Of a DNA stretch of 64,000 nt, positions 60,503 through 64,000 are shown piece after piece. The notes under the pieces are model-generated. The model saw only the letters and a program-made list of their open reading frames with translations. It did not search any database and was not told where the DNA came from. The translations under genes were made by a program, and so were the position numbers. This stretch comes from Bacteroidales bacterium. Lineage in GTDB: Bacteria; Bacteroidota; Bacteroidia; Bacteroidales; B39-G9. The DNA lies in contig JAGLWK010000067.1 of assembly GCA_023133485.1 (NCBI GenBank), forward strand, positions 8,015 through 72,014, given 5' to 3'. Position 1 is the stretch's first letter. Each line of letters opens with the position of its first letter.

Positions 60503-61204
60503 TTACCATATAAATGGAATTAACCTATATCTAGTTTTTTGACAATATTCTTTGTATCCATTTAAATTATTAGATAAAACTTTTTCCTCATTAAGAATTC
60601 TTAATGCGAGGGAAACAGGAAGTAAAGCGAAAGGGATTAGCCCCCAATATGAACCAAGGGCAATTGGTGTGGGTATAAACATTATTAGTACACCTATGTA
60701 CATTGGATGACGAACAATTCCGTAAAAGCCATTAGATATTATCTTTTGATTTTCATTGACTTCAATTATATTCGATGCGTAACTATTTTGCTTGAATACA
60801 AAAAAGATAATAAGATAGCCCAATAAAATGACTATGTCTGCTGAGATAGTTATATATATTGGTACATTAGACCAGATAAAACGGTGATCTAAACCCGGGA
60901 TAATAAATCCTGCAAGAAAAACTAAAGTCGATAGTATTGAAATTAAAATTTGTTGCTTTTCCTTTTCTTTTGCTCTTGTCCTACGTTCTAAAAATTTTGG
61001 ATCTATTTTTAAAAAATAAAACACAACAAAAGTCATTGGAACAACGAGAATTCCGAAATAGACATACACCTGCCAATAATCAAATGTTCCCGCAGGTAAA
61101 AGAATAAGAAGCCCAAGAGAAATAGGGAAAAATGAAAATCTGATAATGATTATTTTTATCAATGATATCATTTCCTGTCGTGTCAACTCGCTTTTCTTTT
61201 TCAT
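60503..61204 (-). CDS. Isoprenylcysteine carboxyl methyltransferase (ICMT/PEMT) family membrane methyltransferase
   Basis: Multi-TM protein. GFYGIVRHPMYIGVLIMF...LRILNEEKVL...GYKEYCQKTRYRLIPFIW is the family signature. Confidence 0.8.
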   Translation of the reverse strand: MKKKSELTRQEMISLIKIIIIRFSFFPISLGLLILLPAGTFDYWQVYVYFGILVVPMTFVVFYFLKIDPKFLERRTRAKEKEKQQILISILSTLVFLAGFIIPGLDHRFIWSNVPIYITISADIVILLGYLIIFFVFKQNSYASNIIEVNENQKIISNGFYGIVRHPMYIGVLIMFIPTPIALGSYWGLIPFALLPVSLALRILNEEKVLSNNLNGYKEYCQKTRYRLIPFIW

Positions 61205-61255
61205 TGGTTAATTCCTTTCTTAAAATTCTACAATTCAATTTTTATTCTTAAAATG

Positions 61256-61432
61256 CCTCACAACATCTGAATATATCGAAGGGTAGATATATTTCTAATA
61301 TACAATAAATCCAAATATTTTTTAATTCGTTCTGTTTTTGTTAGTTGTATGCTTTTATTATTAATTGTAATCAAATCTTTGGCAGGCAGGTATTTGTTCT
61401 TTCTGCCCACCTGAATTTAAAGCATGTTACCA
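61256..61432. repeat. Intergenic repeat, D-type copy D5
   Basis: cctcacaacatctgaatatatcgaagggtagatatatttctaatatacaataaatccaaatatttttta...ggcaggcaggtatttgttctttctgcccacctgaatttaaagcatgttacc aligns end to end with D3. Its last ~16 nt overlap the 3' end of the PIN-like gene. Confidence 0.85.
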
Positions 61433-61803
61433 CCTGAACTTTGTTCGTCATCAATAAATGTTATATAAGTTTTATCAATTTCAATCAAAAAATATGATTT
61501 TGGGCTGAGTTTTGTAATTGAATTAATATTCTCTGATATAATTCGAATCAGTTCTTGATTTGAAATATTTCCAAGATTTATTTTAATAAGCTTTTTTGGT
61601 GTTTTTTTAATAAAGAAACTATCGCGAAAATCAGAATCTTTAGTAATTACAATCAAATCATTAGAATCTGCATAATTACATATATCTATGTCCTTTGTAT
61701 GCCATTTATCAAGTATTTCATTTACATGTATTGTCTCAAATCCTAATGAAATTAAATGTTTAACAACTTTATAAGAAATATGTACATCGCAAAGAAATCT
61801 CAT
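61417..61803 (-). CDS. DUF5615-family PIN-like toxin
   Basis: MRFLCDVHIS..VVKHLISLGFETIHV......D.DI..YA..N.LIVITKDSDF. The start overlaps the stop of the DUF433 gene. Confidence 0.8.
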   Translation of the reverse strand: MRFLCDVHISYKVVKHLISLGFETIHVNEILDKWHTKDIDICNYADSNDLIVITKDSDFRDSFFIKKTPKKLIKINLGNISNQELIRIISENINSITKLSPKSYFLIEIDKTYITFIDDEQSSGGNML

Positions 61804-62030
61804 TAAGCAACATCTTTAATAGAATGACCAGATAAATAAAGTTTAGCAAAATTTAAACTTGCCAAAATATCTTCTCTTTCTAATTCAGGATGGTCTTCAA
61901 CAATTTGCTCAATTGTCATACCAGAACCTAACATGTCAATAATTACTTCGACTGGCCATCTCATTCCACGAACGCAAGGCTTTCCATGACATATATTTGC
62001 GTCTATTGTAATCCTATCTATTAGACTCAT
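61803..62030 (-). CDS. DUF433-domain antitoxin-like protein
   Basis: ICHGKPCVRGMRWPVEVIIDMLGSGMTIEQIVEDHPELEREDILASLNFA is the DUF433 signature. Confidence 0.8.
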   Translation of the reverse strand: MSLIDRITIDANICHGKPCVRGMRWPVEVIIDMLGSGMTIEQIVEDHPELEREDILASLNFAKLYLSGHSIKDVA

Positions 62031-62154
62031 AGCTATATTTTTTTAACAAAAATACTAATTTTTTATTAGATATGTTTTAAGGTTCTATTTTTTTTGGTTT
62101 GGCTGTAAAATAAATATATAATTATCAAAAAATATGTTCAACAACTCTCGATAA

Positions 62155-62385
62155 GCGGAATTACAAACTTGACTGCCGTTAGGCAGGTTTCCGCTTTTGT
62201 CCATCTTATTGGCATAACAATTTTTCCTGCAAAATAGTAAATTTTTTCATCATATTCTTTCATATTTATAAAACGTTGAATAACAAATTTAACAAAATAA
62301 AAAAGCGGAATTACAAATTCCGCTCAGAGAAGAAATTATTTTTATTATTTTATTTGGTTAAGTCTTAGAATTCGATTGGGTAGTG
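62155..62385. repeat. Intergenic mosaic repeat, C + A/B-type copy AB3 (lacks the ~110-bp internal block of AB1/AB2)
   Basis: gcggaattacaaacttgactgccgttaggcaggtttccgcttttgtccatcttattggcataacaatttttcctgcaaaatagtaaa...aaaaaagcggaattacaaattccgct...ttatttggttaagtcttagaattcgatt. Confidence 0.85.
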
Positions 62386-62389
62386 TAAT

Positions 62390-62593
62390 TTACTTAGATT
62401 CTTTCTTCAAAATGTCAGAGATACCTAAGTCTTTACATATCTTTCGACACAGATTCTCTTTGATGTCTGGATGTCTTGGTACTGTTGACATTTTCTCCGT
62501 TTTAGTATTCTTATACAATGAGTGCTTTCCACCCTCTCTTGCAAGCGAGCAGCCATTCTTCTCAAGATATTTAATAAACTTATTTCGTTTCAC
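62390..62593 (-). CDS. hicA: Type II toxin-antitoxin system HicA-family toxin
   Basis: MKRNKFIKYLEKNGCSLAREGGKHSLYKN..T.K.STVPRH.DIKENL...ICKDLGI. Confidence 0.85.
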   Translation of the reverse strand: MKRNKFIKYLEKNGCSLAREGGKHSLYKNTKTEKMSTVPRHPDIKENLCRKICKDLGISDILKKESK

Positions 62594-62826
62594 TATAAGC
62601 TAAAAGATAGGGTTTGTGTAATCAATTTCTTAACTCTGTCTTTTTTGTTCCTTATCTGGCTAGCCCGTCTTTCTTCAAACATAAGGTTAATTGCTTCCGA
62701 AAGATTCTCTTTCGCTTCTTTAATGGTTTCTCCCTGACTGTTTATTCCTGGTATTTCTTCAACATATGCAATGTATCCACCTTCATCACAAGGTTCAAAT
62801 ACGGCTGTCATTTCAATCTTACTCAT
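62593..62826 (-). CDS. hicB: Type II toxin-antitoxin system HicB-family antitoxin
   Basis: TAVFEPCDEGGYIAYVEEIPGINSQGETIKEAKENLSEAINLMFE. It overlaps the hicA start by 1 nt. Confidence 0.85.
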   Translation of the reverse strand: MSKIEMTAVFEPCDEGGYIAYVEEIPGINSQGETIKEAKENLSEAINLMFEERRASQIRNKKDRVKKLITQTLSFSL

Positions 62827-62931
62827 AAAGTCATGTTTTTACAAAGATAAGAATTTTTTGGTAAATATCGTTGGATTAATTTATGTTTTCGTTTTACTTT
62901 TACTTATTCTGACTAACGAGTAGCAATAAAA

Positions 62932-63042
62932 TTTGGCCGGAATTTTCCTGCAATTCATTTTCTACTTAATTTTATACTCAAATATAGCAAAACTGCTTTA
63001 AACAGCATCTTCGCCCGGCTTGATTTTATTGCGTGTTAGTAA
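62932..63042. repeat. Hybrid intergenic repeat (A-type end plus D-type start) at the upstream edge of the minus-strand gene array
   Basis: tttggccggaattttcctgcaattcatt resembles ttggcataacaatttttcctgcaaaatagt. cgcccggcttgattttattgcgtgttagta resembles cgcccgcttgaatttatagcatgttgggc of D3. Confidence 0.6.
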
Positions 63043-63329
63043 TCTGTAAGCCCAATTTTTCTGTCAATAGAGCACTTACTTTCCATTTGCACTAAAAAAT
63101 ATTGTTTGCGAATTGTGGTTTAATTTTAAATAAGAGATAAAAAATACAAATGTGTTTTACAACACATATCTTAAAATAATATGATTTTGCTATTGACAAA
63201 TAGGTCTCAATTAATGTAACTTACATAGTTCACTCTATTAATCATAATGAATACTGGCATGTTTTTAATTCTACAAAAGCTTAAGCTCAACTGATTTAAA
63301 CCGTATTATTTATTAACATAACACCTACC

Positions 63330-64000
63330 ATGAAAAAACTATCTTTTATCACAATCAGCTTCTTATTGATTTTAATATTCAGTATGAGTACAATCGCACA
63401 GAATTATTCAAAACTTTCTGATTTTCCTGAAGAAATTAGGAAAACCAATCCTTTTAAGCGTTTTGAATGGGCCTATACTCAGCGGGCATTTCCATACGAT
63501 ACCATTCCCTATATGTATGCACAAAAAGTGGCTAATAAGGAAATGGACAAAATAAAATCCGGTTTTTATAAAACAAAAAGCCAGATGAATTGGCAAGCTA
63601 AAGGGCCATTTGGATTTACTTTGATTCCTTATTATGCCAGTTTTGGTATTTGTAGTGGCAGGATTCGAGCACTTGCCGTTCATCCAACTGATCCTTTAAC
63701 TGTTTATATTGGTGCAGCCAGTGGTGGTATATGGAAAACCAATGATGGTGGCGATACCTGGATAGATATTGGAAGAAACCTTGAATCATTGGGTTTTGGT
63801 GCCATTACCATTGATCCCAATAATCCTGAAGTAATTTATGCCGGATCAGGTGAAGCATGCAGTGTAACAGGAATAACATTTTTCAATGGAAGAGGGCTTT
63901 TTAAATCAACTAATGGCGGAATGAACTGGACAAAAATCAACCACGGATTTGGGCAATATACACATTTCAGCGATATAGCAGTTGCCCCTTCTAACTCAGA
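63330..64000 (+). CDS. Secreted BNR/Asp-box repeat (sortilin/VPS10- or glycosidase-like beta-propeller) protein, N-terminal part; continues past the window
   Basis: Not in the ORF track. My manual translation from the ATG at 63330 runs with no stop to the window end. Signal peptide MKKLSFITISFLLILIFSMSTIAQ. Asp-box-like motifs KTNDGGDTW and KSTNGGMNW. Confidence 0.7.
   Translation, partial: MKKLSFITISFLLILIFSMSTIAQNYSKLSDFPEEIRKTNPFKRFEWAYTQRAFPYDTIPYMYAQKVANKEMDKIKSGFYKTKSQMNWQAKGPFGFTLIPYYASFGICSGRIRALAVHPTDPLTVYIGAASGGIWKTNDGGDTWIDIGRNLESLGFGAITIDPNNPEVIYAGSGEACSVTGITFFNGRGLFKSTNGGMNWTKINHGFGQYTHFSDIAVAPSNS

Noticed and set aside
62376-62850. Plus-strand ORFs 62376..62603, 62522..62737 and 62614..62850.
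   Set aside because: They are antisense to the well-supported hicA and hicB genes.
35100-63042. CRISPR array as an explanation for the regularly recurring intergenic repeats.
   Set aside because: The repeats are 70-480 bp, mosaic, and separated by whole genes (0.6-5 kb). They are not 25-40-bp direct repeats with 30-40-bp spacers, and no cas genes are present.
35100-63329. Classical complete integron (intI + attI + cassettes).
   Set aside because: There is no tyrosine-recombinase gene at either edge of the array. The upstream edge (63043-63329) is non-coding and is followed by a divergent BNR gene. The repeats are longer than attC and spaced differently from canonical attC. The idea is kept only as an 'attC-like / CALIN-like' hypothesis in the findings.
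63408-63683. Minus-strand ORF 63408..63683 (91 aa).
   Set aside because: It is antisense to a plus-strand frame that is open from the ATG at 63330 to the window end. That frame has a signal peptide and Asp-box motifs, so the plus-strand gene is preferred.

Overview
Visibly AT-rich segment that looks like a Bacteroidota chromosome. The evidence is T9SS type A and type B C-terminal sorting domains, PorP/SprF genes and a TonB-dependent receptor with a CarboxypepD_reg-type N-terminus. All calls come from reading the sequence and the ORF translations by eye; no searches or alignments were run.

The window has three parts.

(i) 1-28.5 kb. A TonB-dependent receptor 3' end and an orphan SiaC/DUF1987 gene come first. 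They are followed by a mirror-image locus: two divergently transcribed giant repeat-rich adhesin genes (4217 aa and 3819 aa, both with T9SS type B/CHU_C sorting domains). Each giant gene is followed by its own PorP/SprF gene.

(ii) 28.5-35.1 kb. An ORF-poor stretch rich in palindromes holds tRNA-Leu(GAG). Small housekeeping-type genes follow: an MFS transporter, a thioredoxin-fold protein, an EFR1-like ferredoxin and a nitroreductase.

(iii) 35.2-62.8 kb. About 26 genes all lie on the minus strand and fall into roughly 13 units. Each unit is followed by a member of one mosaic family of structured intergenic repeats. Contents include a triplicated OM protein, CvfB, orphan membrane proteins, a five-gene operon built around a membrane-anchored PGRP/amidase_2 protein, a 2TM + pYEATS gene pair, T9SS cargo, a sigma/anti-sigma pair, a metal-uptake operon, an ICMT-family methyltransferase and two toxin-antitoxin pairs.

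The most interesting signals are the repeat-punctuated, cassette-array-like architecture, the amidase envelope operon and the pYEATS pair. No CRISPR array, rRNA, integrase, transposase or phage structural gene was seen. The window ends inside a plus-strand BNR/Asp-box gene.
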